A DNA stretch of 64,000 bases, taken from positions 4,604-68,603 of the forward strand of contig JAFTTR010000002.1 in the NCBI GenBank assembly GCA_017466695.1. The letters are read 5' to 3'. Positions within the stretch are counted from its first letter, which is position 1; the number at the start of each line of letters is the position of its first letter. The notes beneath the pieces were generated by a model. That model saw only the letters and a list, made by a program, of their open reading frames with translations, was not told where the DNA came from and searched no databases. This DNA comes from Alphaproteobacteria bacterium. Its GTDB lineage: Bacteria > Pseudomonadota > Alphaproteobacteria > CAAHEQ01 > UBA3637. The translations under genes were made by a program, and so were the position numbers. This document shows positions 48,174-58,155 of this stretch, one piece after another.

Positions 48174-50690
48174 ATGAAGCAACAAAATTTTAATCACATT
48201 ATTCAAGGTCTTAAAAATATCTTGGAATATCAAGATTTGCGCAAAGCACAGATTGATATTTTTAAAGAATTTTTAGAAAATCCAGAATTACAAACAACAG
48301 GGATTTTTGACCTTGCTACAGGATTTGGCAAAACACGGATGATGAATGTTTTGGCAAGTGCTTTTTTGTACTCTAATCCTCAAGGCAAAATTATTGTTGT
48401 TGTCCCAACGGTTGATTTGATTAAAGACAGCAATGGTAATGGGATGATGAAGCGTTTTATTGATTATCATCAAATGTATTCTCATGAACCGTTGGATATT
48501 GGAGCTTTTTATACCCATAGCAAACAAACAAAAAATCAGGTGATTGTCACGACCTATTCCTCACTTAAAAATTTGGCCACAAAAATCAACCCTGAAGATA
48601 TTGGCCTTTTGTTATTGGATGAGGCACATCACGCTGTTTCAAAAAATAGATCTGACACTATTCGACTTTTTAAAAATGCTTGTTGGTATGGATTAACGGC
48701 AACACCAGCTTATTCACCTGACAAAGATTTAAGCGCCCTGCTCGGCTCTGTGATTGCTGAAATGAACACGCCTCAAGCGATTAAAGATGGCCTGCTCACT
48801 TCTTGCAAAAATGTGCTCCTTTCCTCCAAAATTAAGGTGGATTTGTCAAAAATTAAAAAAGATACACAAGGCAATTATGAGGAAAAAGAGTTCGAAACAG
48901 TTCTTCAAAAAGCGCTCAAAGCCTATCAAGATGAGGGAAATGCCACTAATTGGAAAAATGTACATAACTTAATTGCACACGAGATTGCTCTTTTTTATCA
49001 AAATTATGTGGACGAAACAATTGGTGCTGTTCAAAACAAAAAGTGTATGATTAACTGCCGTTCTCAAGCAGAAGCTAGGTTGCAAGCTCATACCCTTAAT
49101 AAAGTATTTGGGAAAATGGTTGCTGGCACCTGGACGAGTGATAGTAAAGATAAATCTGTTTTAAATAAATTTGTCAATGGTAATTTGCCCATTCTTTGTC
49201 AAGTTGGCAAACTAAGTGAAGGCTTTGACATGCCTGAACTTGATATGTGTATTAACTATCCAACGTGTTCCAGAGTGGTTGAAGCGCAACGTGGGGGACG
49301 AGTCCTGCGCTTAAATCCACAAAATCAATCCAAATTTTCACTGATTGTAGATATTGTCTTTTCCCATCCAGAGTATGACAACCCCATTTTATCCTCTCAT
49401 GCCAATGGTCAGGTATTGTATCGGGATATTATTGGAAAAAGTTCTCTTTTATCACCTATTTACATAAAAAACCCTGCCATATCATCAAATAAAAACAAAC
49501 ACTATCTTATTGAAACAATTCATCTTACTTCATTTGATATCTATTCAAACACAGAAGATCTTTTAAAATTAGAAAACGAAGCTCAAACCATTTTTGAAAA
49601 TACAATATTCCAAGAAAAAAGAAAAGGAATGTTAACTTCTCATGAATTATGTGATATATTTCAAAAAACTGGTTATGAATTTTTCAAAAAACATTTAAAA
49701 TCAGCTTTTCATAAAAAAGAAACTTTTGAAGTTGATGGTATTTATTATCCCCTCGTTGAAAAAGTCAAGGCACATAGTTGTATTACACTTGCCCTCAACG
49801 AACATCCTCAAGCGCTTGAAATTTTTACACATAAGTGTTTTGGAAGAGAATTACTTGACCTCTCATTAAAAAAAGAAAATACTCTTGTAAGTGGTCAAAT
49901 CGCTTTAAAATTTAAAAAATCAAGAGAAACAATTGCATCTATTTTTGAACACTGTTTTCAAGAAAATATCACTTATGAAAAAAATGGCATCAACATTCCT
50001 TTAATTGAAAAAGTAAGAGGTCAAAAAAACTATCCACTTTTGGTTATTACAGATGAAAAAGAAGCTTTAAAAGCATTCAAAAAAGTTTGCATACAAAAAG
50101 GTATAGATTTTGAAACACCTAAAAAAAGAGATGGCATGTTAACACATATACACCTTTCGACAAAATTCAAAAGAGATCGAACAACTGTAAAACGTGTTAT
50201 GCAACAGCTCTATGAACAGCAAATATCTTTTAAAATTGATGGCACAACACATCCGTTAATTGAATATGTATGTGCACATGGTCAAAATACTCTAGCACTT
50301 CATGAGCACCCTCAAGCACTATCTCATTTTATAGCTGCTGCAAAAAAAATAGGCGTGGATTATACGATTAAAAATAAAAGAAACGGTATGTTAACAAGCC
50401 TTGATTTATCACGTATTTTTAAAAAGGATAACACTATTTTTTCAGCTATTTTAAAATCATTGTTTGATGAAAAAATTACCTTTTTACTTGATGAAGAAAA
50501 ATTACCATTAGTTGAACAAGTTTATTGTAAAAATCGAGTTGCTCTTGCCGTTCATGAACATCCAAAAGCTTTAGAGGCATTTCTTCAAGAAGCTAAAAAA
50601 ATGGGCATCACTTTAGAGCCAAGAACACAAAAAATCACAACTCAAAAAATATCAACAAAACAAGATAATCAAAGACAGAATAATGGATAA
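48174..50690 (+). CDS. SF2 DEAH helicase with four C-terminal ~85-aa repeats
   Basis: ATGFGKT, DEAHH, GLTATP, LSEGFDMP, QRGGRVLR. Confidence 0.88.
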   Translation: MKQQNFNHIIQGLKNILEYQDLRKAQIDIFKEFLENPELQTTGIFDLATGFGKTRMMNVLASAFLYSNPQGKIIVVVPTVDLIKDSNGNGMMKRFIDYHQMYSHEPLDIGAFYTHSKQTKNQVIVTTYSSLKNLATKINPEDIGLLLLDEAHHAVSKNRSDTIRLFKNACWYGLTATPAYSPDKDLSALLGSVIAEMNTPQAIKDGLLTSCKNVLLSSKIKVDLSKIKKDTQGNYEEKEFETVLQKALKAYQDEGNATNWKNVHNLIAHEIALFYQNYVDETIGAVQNKKCMINCRSQAEARLQAHTLNKVFGKMVAGTWTSDSKDKSVLNKFVNGNLPILCQVGKLSEGFDMPELDMCINYPTCSRVVEAQRGGRVLRLNPQNQSKFSLIVDIVFSHPEYDNPILSSHANGQVLYRDIIGKSSLLSPIYIKNPAISSNKNKHYLIETIHLTSFDIYSNTEDLLKLENEAQTIFENTIFQEKRKGMLTSHELCDIFQKTGYEFFKKHLKSAFHKKETFEVDGIYYPLVEKVKAHSCITLALNEHPQALEIFTHKCFGRELLDLSLKKENTLVSGQIALKFKKSRETIASIFEHCFQENITYEKNGINIPLIEKVRGQKNYPLLVITDEKEALKAFKKVCIQKGIDFETPKKRDGMLTHIHLSTKFKRDRTTVKRVMQQLYEQQISFKIDGTTHPLIEYVCAHGQNTLALHEHPQALSHFIAAAKKIGVDYTIKNKRNGMLTSLDLSRIFKKDNTIFSAILKSLFDEKITFLLDEEKLPLVEQVYCKNRVALAVHEHPKALEAFLQEAKKMGITLEPRTQKITTQKISTKQDNQRQNNG

Positions 50691-51540
50691 AAAAATGCAA
50701 GAAGAAAATAAAGAATTCAAATACCTCTCCCCCAAAAAAATCGCACAAATGGCTGAATGTGATCCCAAACTGATACGTCCTTATTTTGAGGAGTACTATT
50801 TAAAACGTATCACTTATATGGACCAAGGGGAAGAAAGACCCCTTATCCGTTTGATGCGTAAAGGAGAAAAATTTGCTCTTTTATTAAAAAATACCCCCTC
50901 TTCTTTACGTGCTTTTTATGAAAAATGCGTTCAAAAAAGTGCTTATTTTATCTTACCGATGAAACAAATAGGGATGCTTTCAGCTAATGATATGCGCTCC
51001 AAATGGGGAAGGACGCATCAACTTTATCGTGATTTGATTGAAGCTGCATATCAAGATAACGCTTTTTTTGAAGAAAATGGCATTCAAAAGCCCTTGATTA
51101 TTATGGTTAAAAATCCTTATAGACCAGTTCTTGTCTTACAAAACGGGGACCAAGCGATTAAGCGATTTGTTGCTTACGCCAAAGAGAAAAAAGAAATCAT
51201 CAATTTAAAAACCCTTCCCCAAAAAAAAGACAAGATGCTCACCTGCCAAAATTTACATTATCGCTTTGGCATTGACTATAATATGATTGAAAACGCTTTT
51301 CAAAAGTACTATGAGGAACAACAAACGTTTGAGGCAGAGGGCAAAACTTATCCTTTAATTCAAAAAGTTAAGTCAGAAAAAGTTATTCTATTAACCTTAC
51401 ATGAACATCCTAATGCTCTTAAATACTTTAAAACTCTTTTTGAACGAGATAACGATATCCTTCTTGGGAAAAGGAGCCTTACCTCTCAAGAAATACCCAC
51501 TATCAAGAAAAGCTCTCACTCCTTAGAAAATGAGGGATAA
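50683..51540 (+). CDS. Hypothetical protein made of three copies of the helicase C-terminal repeat
   Basis: GMLS/KMLT...PLI...LHEHPNAL; overlaps the helicase stop codon. Confidence 0.75.
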   Translation: MDKKMQEENKEFKYLSPKKIAQMAECDPKLIRPYFEEYYLKRITYMDQGEERPLIRLMRKGEKFALLLKNTPSSLRAFYEKCVQKSAYFILPMKQIGMLSANDMRSKWGRTHQLYRDLIEAAYQDNAFFEENGIQKPLIIMVKNPYRPVLVLQNGDQAIKRFVAYAKEKKEIINLKTLPQKKDKMLTCQNLHYRFGIDYNMIENAFQKYYEEQQTFEAEGKTYPLIQKVKSEKVILLTLHEHPNALKYFKTLFERDNDILLGKRSLTSQEIPTIKKSSHSLENEG

Positions 51541-51601
51541 TAAGGCTTAAAAGACAAAAAAAGAACAAATGTTCTCCTCTCACACTCTCCCAAAGAACAG
51601 A

Positions 51602-52297
51602 TTATGAGAACAAATGTTCTTGTCTTTTTAAATACGTCTCTAAATAAGCTTGCCAGTTAGGCGCTTGATTCTCCTTAAAAAAAGCGACCAAAAAATCCAG
51701 CATTAGTTGATGGCGACAAGCCCCTTCTTCCCGAGCTGTTTTTGTAAACAACAATCCTCTTAATTTCAATAGCTTATCAAAAAAATGATTGATACAAGGC
51801 TCTTGTTCATTTGCCATTTTTTGGTATTTATTTGCGTTCAAATTTTCATCAGGGAAAACTTTTGGATTAAAAACAACTCCTCCTCTTGAAAGCCCATATT
51901 CCAACGTTCTAACAATCGCCATCGCCCCCATGGCATCAAGCATGTCTGCATCTGAAACAATTCGACCCTCAAGCGATTGTGGATAAATCCCTTTTAAGCG
52001 ATTAGAATAGCCCATCGTTCCAATAATATCACACACTTTTTGCTGTGTTTCTGGAATAATACAGGCTTTTTGCATAATTTTTTTAGCATTTAGAAGAAGA
52101 GATGCTTGAGCCTGCCCTACGAATTTATAATCATCAGCGTCATGTAATAAAGATGCCAACGCAATAACCTCTTTATCTCCTCCTTCTTGCTCAGCTAAAA
52201 AAAGAGCCATTTTATAAACACGCTCGATATGATCAAATGAGTGACCAGATGCCGTTTCCATTAAATTAAAAACCTCTTTTTTCACAAGTTCTATCAT
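51602..52297 (-). CDS. HD-domain phosphohydrolase (YedJ-like)
   Basis: GHSFDHIERV, LLHDADD, SDADMLDAMGA, HFFDKLLKL. Confidence 0.9.
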   Translation of the reverse strand: MIELVKKEVFNLMETASGHSFDHIERVYKMALFLAEQEGGDKEVIALASLLHDADDYKFVGQAQASLLLNAKKIMQKACIIPETQQKVCDIIGTMGYSNRLKGIYPQSLEGRIVSDADMLDAMGAMAIVRTLEYGLSRGGVVFNPKVFPDENLNANKYQKMANEQEPCINHFFDKLLKLRGLLFTKTAREEGACRHQLMLDFLVAFFKENQAPNWQAYLETYLKRQEHLFS

Positions 52298-52427
52298 GTT
52301 CAATTCTCCTTTATTTTTATTTAATAAAAGAAATATATCCTTTGTCAACAATATAAAATCAACAAAAAAATTGACAACAAAAAGCATTGTATGATACAAT
52401 GCTTAAACATTTATTAAGGAAAGTCAA

Positions 52428-53783
52428 ATGAGAAATTCCCTACAAAAGATACGCATACAAGCTCAAAGCAAACCTTCCATTCTAGAACAAGAAGGGATAC
52501 TTAATCTTTTGCTATTAACTGAAACCTATTCACCAGAAATATTGGTTGAAGCATCTTATCAGTGGGATACCATTCCTGACTTTATTAAACACGCAACTCC
52601 TTTAAAAATCAAACATATCATTGAACAAATCCCCCTCATGTCAACTGGGGAAATTCAAAAAGCATTAGACACCTATTGGACAATAAAGGGGCGTGATGTG
52701 TTAAAAGCTTATCAAAATTGTCCCCTGCCCTTACAAAATGGTCCTTTTAATAATAAACACACTAAAAAACGGCATAATATCCTATCTAAAAAAGGGGAAA
52801 GAGCGTTGCTACTCCTTGAAAATGCAATAAAAGAACAAATGTCCTCATCTAAAACAGCTCAGCTGGGTGAAAGCGTAGCAAATAAATTTCTCATTAATTT
52901 AACGCATTATAAATCATTTAACATTGACCCTAATTTATTACCACGCACTTATCATGAGGTAAATAGAGATAAAACTATCTATCCCGTCCTTCAATTATCA
53001 GAAGGCTGTCCCAATAATTGTAGCCATTGTCTGGCTCGGCCTGAGAATAAACTTTCTCACATGCCTTATCCCCTTTTCTTATCAGTTCACAAAAAACTTT
53101 GGGATACCTATAAAACGCAGCCCCTTTTAAATATTGATAGCCCCTATTTTAGCTATGCTGAAATATTCCAAGTCTTTTTCGACAACTCAGATTTAATGGT
53201 GTATAAAGATCCAATTATAAATGCTGATTGTGGAGACGTAAGCATTTATTTAACCTTGCAACAAGCACCTCTGGTCTTTTTAAGCAGAGGCTTACTTGGA
53301 AAAGAAAGTGAAGTTGCCTTTTCAAAAGTTCTTTATACTGGTAAAAATGCTTCTATATCCTTTGTCGACACGCCATTAGAAAACAAGCAGTTAAACATCA
53401 AACGCTTACACCGAACTTTAAAAGTGGCTGAAAAAATGGGGGCAAAAGAGCAAATTCTCGTTGTTCATTATCATTTAAAAAGCGGTCCAAGCGTTCCTGA
53501 GGATATCTTTTTAGGGTTTAATAAGGTTGAAGAACTTATTTTTGCAAGTGGCCGAGCCAAAAATTTGCCAACGCAAGAATTGGCTCATATCCCTGATGAT
53601 TATTTCACAACACCTTATGTGATTAAACCAAATATGGATATTTTAAAATTAGATATTCAAAATGGAGAGTATCATTATACTTATGTAAACAACTTATTGA
53701 ACCCAAATTCAAAAAGAAAAGTCACCTCACAAAAGAATGTGAATCATATCACACCCTCTCAACATTTTAAAGGGGATAACTAA
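52428..53783 (+). CDS. Radical-SAM-like protein
   Basis: CxxxCxxC motif GCPNNCSHC. Confidence 0.6.
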   Translation: MRNSLQKIRIQAQSKPSILEQEGILNLLLLTETYSPEILVEASYQWDTIPDFIKHATPLKIKHIIEQIPLMSTGEIQKALDTYWTIKGRDVLKAYQNCPLPLQNGPFNNKHTKKRHNILSKKGERALLLLENAIKEQMSSSKTAQLGESVANKFLINLTHYKSFNIDPNLLPRTYHEVNRDKTIYPVLQLSEGCPNNCSHCLARPENKLSHMPYPLFLSVHKKLWDTYKTQPLLNIDSPYFSYAEIFQVFFDNSDLMVYKDPIINADCGDVSIYLTLQQAPLVFLSRGLLGKESEVAFSKVLYTGKNASISFVDTPLENKQLNIKRLHRTLKVAEKMGAKEQILVVHYHLKSGPSVPEDIFLGFNKVEELIFASGRAKNLPTQELAHIPDDYFTTPYVIKPNMDILKLDIQNGEYHYTYVNNLLNPNSKRKVTSQKNVNHITPSQHFKGDN

Positions 53784-53907
53784 TGTTTAACAATTTTCAC
53801 AGCTTGGGATTATCGAAAGAGATGGCATTCAACTAGCCTAAAAGGAGACTAAAAATAAATTTAATCCTCTTTGTATCCCGTATAACATTCAAAATGGGAA
53901 AGAATAG

Positions 53908-54831
53908 TTACTCCCTTACATCTATTTGTGGATGTGGTGGAACACCTTGTTTTTGTCCAGATTGCTCGTTTGTAATTTGATGTGTTGAATTTGTTTCTAA
54001 CATCCTAGATGCATCCGGCACTTTAGATTCTGGTTTGATATAATCTTTCATAACTTCTTTAACCCTATCTGTATAAGCATACGTGTGAATTGGGATTTTT
54101 TTCCCAAATTCATCCACCATCATCAAATTAGGATCAGCTCCATGTTCTAAAAATAATGCAACTAATTCAGCTTTAGACTTATAAGATGGCGATGCTAGCA
54201 AATTATAAAAAGGGGATATTTCATTTTTTGTGTGATGATGTATCTCTTTAACACCAATATTTGGATTAACCCCTGCCTCTAATAAAATTTCAACAGCCTC
54301 TTTTTCTTCAGCATGAGAGGCTCTTGTAGATATAACACTATTTAACAAAACTGTTTGTTCCTTTTTAGGCCAGTTTTTAATTTCAGGTGCAATCACTCTT
54401 AATAATCGCAAAGCATCTTCACCTTTATCATGCATTTCAAAATCGCCCAGAACACAATGTACAAATAAAGATGGGTTATTCTTTGCCATCTTACGTAATT
54501 CACTTGACGAATATCTACGAAGCATGTCATTTGAGTTATCTGAGTATCTATCTATATCCTTCCCTGTGACGGATTCAATTGTCCCTGTTACAACACCATC
54601 TACAACCGTTGAAACACCATTACTTACCTTGCTAACACCTGCGCCTATCCCTGGACCAATACCTAAAATCCCAGCTGTTGTGTGAACAACTCCTTTACCT
54701 ACGTTTAAAATACCACCAGCAACATAGGTCGAGGCATTCACAATACCTCCAACAACACTAGAAATATAACCTTTTTTTTCTTCTTTTTCTGAATTTGATT
54801 CAGTATTCGTCTCTATCTGCTCTTCTTGCAT
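53908..54831 (-). CDS. Ankyrin-like repeat protein with Gly/Val-rich N-terminus
   Basis: VEILLEAGVNPN; VALFLEHGADPN. Confidence 0.75.
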   Translation of the reverse strand: MQEEQIETNTESNSEKEEKKGYISSVVGGIVNASTYVAGGILNVGKGVVHTTAGILGIGPGIGAGVSKVSNGVSTVVDGVVTGTIESVTGKDIDRYSDNSNDMLRRYSSSELRKMAKNNPSLFVHCVLGDFEMHDKGEDALRLLRVIAPEIKNWPKKEQTVLLNSVISTRASHAEEKEAVEILLEAGVNPNIGVKEIHHHTKNEISPFYNLLASPSYKSKAELVALFLEHGADPNLMMVDEFGKKIPIHTYAYTDRVKEVMKDYIKPESKVPDASRMLETNSTHQITNEQSGQKQGVPPHPQIDVRE

Positions 54832-55002
54832 GATATCCTCTCCCCTACATGTAGACAATCTTCTTTTATTGTATCACACTTGAAAAATATGTCAATAAAC
54901 ACTTCATAATTTCTGCCATAATTATATTGTCTATTTTTATTTATAAATATTAAAAATAAAGTTGATAACCTATTAAAAAAATGATATACTGAAAAAAAAT
55001 AA

Positions 55003-55857
55003 ATGAAAGCTTCAAACATGGTCTATAAATCCAAGCTGTTAAGAAAAAATGAACATGTTATTAAAGGCTATCACCTTTGTCTTGATAGGCAAAATGCTGT
55101 TTTTTTATGCCAAAATGGCTCTCTCCCATTGAATAATGGGATTGGTGGGCAAAAAGGGGGGATTTTTTTATGGAACACCCCAAATGCAGCTGTAAACTGG
55201 CTAAGTAAATTGTTATACTGTGAAAAACAAGCTCTTGAAAATGGATTTAAATACACTCCTGTTCCAGAACAAGTTTTTGTAATTGAATATCAAATTCCGA
55301 AAAAGAATTTTACCTATCCAATTTGGCAACCTGATTTTGGACTAAATGGAAGTCCCTTTATTCCTTTGATATTAAAACATTATTATAAATTATACAAAAA
55401 AGAACTTATAACTCAAAAAGAAGCTAATTTTTATTTAAACTGTTCATTTTCAAATGATAGAAAAAGAAAAAAACAAATAAAAGGGCTTGTGATTTTAAAC
55501 AAAAACTTTTATCTCGAAATTGAAAATGCTGGCAATATTCCCTTTTCAAATTTAAACAAAAATAGCGTTTCATATTCAGGAACTATTCAAAGACTTCATG
55601 ACTTTTTATATTTAAAATCAAATAATTACAAAAAAGAATACTTAAAACTTGTGAAAAAATTAGTCACACATAATCAAATATTTGCTATTAAATATTGTGG
55701 TAAAGAACCTCTCAAACCTGTTGCCGTTGAAATTTTAGACTCTCAATTAAGAGCCCCCATTGCACGGATGGAAAATATAGCCGTTTTTGTACAAGAATAT
55801 AAAAACACCCTAAATTTAAAAACAAGTTCTTTAAATACATCCTATGAGCGAGAATAA
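55003..55857 (+). CDS. Hypothetical protein (weak ADP-ribosyltransferase-like motifs)
   Basis: KGYH...GGIFLW spacing; own promoter. Confidence 0.55.
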   Translation: MKASNMVYKSKLLRKNEHVIKGYHLCLDRQNAVFLCQNGSLPLNNGIGGQKGGIFLWNTPNAAVNWLSKLLYCEKQALENGFKYTPVPEQVFVIEYQIPKKNFTYPIWQPDFGLNGSPFIPLILKHYYKLYKKELITQKEANFYLNCSFSNDRKRKKQIKGLVILNKNFYLEIENAGNIPFSNLNKNSVSYSGTIQRLHDFLYLKSNNYKKEYLKLVKKLVTHNQIFAIKYCGKEPLKPVAVEILDSQLRAPIARMENIAVFVQEYKNTLNLKTSSLNTSYERE

Positions 55858-55863
55858 AATTCC

Positions 55864-56793
55864 TTATAATTTATTTTCTTTTATCAACTTTAAAAGTCCT
55901 TTGAAAAATTGATCCGGCACTTGTTGAGATAGATGTTTTAATTCTTCAATCGAAAAGAAACGAACCTCTTCAATCTCATTTGTATCATATAAAACCGGTT
56001 CATCTGAAACAGCTTTAAAAATATGATGAAAAGCTATTTTTTTTCCATTTTCATACACATCAAAAGAGGTTAATTCTTCCCCAACAGCGGCTGAAAGGCC
56101 AAGTTCTTCTTTCAATTCCCGTTGAGCTGCTTTTTTATAATTTTCACCAGCATCCACATGACCTGCTGCTGAATAGGTCCACATTCCACCCCATTTTTTG
56201 TGAGAGGCAATTTTATGAAGTAAAACTTCTCCTTTATGATTATACACCATTACCCCTGCTATCATTATATAGCGACCAACCGATAGAGGATTTCCCCTTA
56301 CATGGGTTGAGATAATTGTATCTGTTTTGTCTGCGACATGAATCAATTCTTTTCCAGCAGCTATCAGAGCAAATGGTGTTGCATTTTGAGAAGTGAGACT
56401 ATCCATATCGACCCATTGTGCTCCCAAGGAATCAAGACCATCTGATGTTGTTAAAATATCTCCTTCCCAGTCAGTTACGTTAAATAAAACCCCCGTATGG
56501 GCTAAAGTCCCTTTTTCACAACTTGCCTTGGTAAAATCTGAAAATATAACCCTCATTTCTTTTAATAAAGCGTATTTTTTAACTTTTAATGAAGTTTCTT
56601 CACTTATTTCACGGACAAGAGTTTCCTCACTCGTTTCCAATGCTTCAGGACTTCCCCCTGGCAAATCATATAACCCTTTATAAGGCCCTCTTGCTTTTTT
56701 TATCACAAGAAGTTGGTTTTCTTTTTGAATAATACCATATATGCCTCTATGTGTTTTTGTTATATTTGGATTATTTAACATTTTACCCTCCAT
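55864..56793 (-). CDS. Tandem double-NUDIX hydrolase
   Basis: LPGGSPEALETSEETLVREISEET and AGHVDAGENYKKAAQRELKEELG. Confidence 0.9.
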   Translation of the reverse strand: MEGKMLNNPNITKTHRGIYGIIQKENQLLVIKKARGPYKGLYDLPGGSPEALETSEETLVREISEETSLKVKKYALLKEMRVIFSDFTKASCEKGTLAHTGVLFNVTDWEGDILTTSDGLDSLGAQWVDMDSLTSQNATPFALIAAGKELIHVADKTDTIISTHVRGNPLSVGRYIMIAGVMVYNHKGEVLLHKIASHKKWGGMWTYSAAGHVDAGENYKKAAQRELKEELGLSAAVGEELTSFDVYENGKKIAFHHIFKAVSDEPVLYDTNEIEEVRFFSIEELKHLSQQVPDQFFKGLLKLIKENKL

Positions 56794-57091
56794 AAAAAAT
56801 TAAATCCAAGGCAATGAATACAAAATATCCATTTTATTGTCAACTATTTTTTGCAAATAAAAAGAAATTGGTGGCCAGTTTGATTGTTCACATAATCAAT
56901 TAAAATCTCTCATTGGTGCCCCTTAAAAATTGGCGCAAGTTGCGATGTTTCATGCACCCAATTAACCAGCATAGATGGGGCACCAAAAAATATTCGTTAT
57001 CATTTTAACGTTGAGATAAATCCATTACCAAAAAACTTAAAACAAAAGAGGTTCTTTTAAGTTATATGCAACATGAAAATCATCAACGAGG

Positions 57092-58144
57092 TTAATCTCG
57101 TTCTCTTGCATAAAAGGAAGCAGATTCTAAATGCCAGGCAACCATTTGGCTTTTTTCAGATTTTGTTAAACGTCTTGGGGTCATTTGTGAAAGGGTTTTA
57201 TCCCTAATTTCATCAAGTTTTTGTTGATTTGAAACAGCAGGATAAAGAGCTCCTTTCATATATCCTCCCTCTCGGTCCAATCTAATCACTTGAAGTGGGC
57301 GAAAAATAACATATGAAAATGCCCTACACCGATTATCAACGGTATCATCATAGATAAAACCATCATATCCCAAATTTTCCCAATATCTAATCATCCGTTG
57401 CATCGAAAGATTTACCCTGTTTACATACATATTCTTCAAAAGATTGTGTTTCGAATATTCCTCTTTCAACCCTTTGTAGGGGTTATTTGAATCATTTGCC
57501 CCCAGGATAGGATAAATCGTTTCAAGCCCTAATTCATAACGCACCTGCTGGGCTGATATATTAAATGGATCTTTAAAAATAAAATCATACATAACAGGGA
57601 CAGTCACTCTATCCAACACCTGATATAAGGCGTTATTTTTTTGAGAAGGCTTTGTTTTGTGCCTATAATGATAAAGTTTTTGTATGAGCTCAGATTTGAT
57701 AAAACGATATAATAGGTCATTTTTATATCCTGAACAATAAAATCCCATTTCTATCATCCGTTTCGGATTTGATAAAGCTAAATGAGCAGGTATAACATAG
57801 GGCGTGCATTCATATTGAGAAACAGATTTCTTCTCTTTTATTTTTTCTACATAGGATAAAAGCATATTCACCGTACGAGAAAGGTCTTTTTCAGTCCCCA
57901 TTTCAAACATACTAAAGGCAAGATGTTTTGTTTCAGAAAAATTCTTAATCCGTGTTTGAGCTGCTATTTTTGTGCCAAAATGGGATAAAGGATAAAACAT
58001 TTCAAATTGGTGAGAAGTGGCATGATAAACCGTTAAGGGTTCACCATTTAAATCACCGAGCAATCGGTGAGATGCTTTTTTATATTCAAAAAAAGCTGGA
58101 TTAATATCCTTTTCATCCAATGAAACATCCAAAATCTGATTCAT
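57092..58144 (-). CDS. ADP-ribosyltransferase-like protein (ART-PolyVal-like)
   Basis: PLTVYHAT, SHFGT, GYDGFIY, SYVIFRPLQV. Confidence 0.6.
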   Translation of the reverse strand: MNQILDVSLDEKDINPAFFEYKKASHRLLGDLNGEPLTVYHATSHQFEMFYPLSHFGTKIAAQTRIKNFSETKHLAFSMFEMGTEKDLSRTVNMLLSYVEKIKEKKSVSQYECTPYVIPAHLALSNPKRMIEMGFYCSGYKNDLLYRFIKSELIQKLYHYRHKTKPSQKNNALYQVLDRVTVPVMYDFIFKDPFNISAQQVRYELGLETIYPILGANDSNNPYKGLKEEYSKHNLLKNMYVNRVNLSMQRMIRYWENLGYDGFIYDDTVDNRCRAFSYVIFRPLQVIRLDREGGYMKGALYPAVSNQQKLDEIRDKTLSQMTPRRLTKSEKSQMVAWHLESASFYARERD

Positions 58145-58155
58145 AGAGGTATTAC

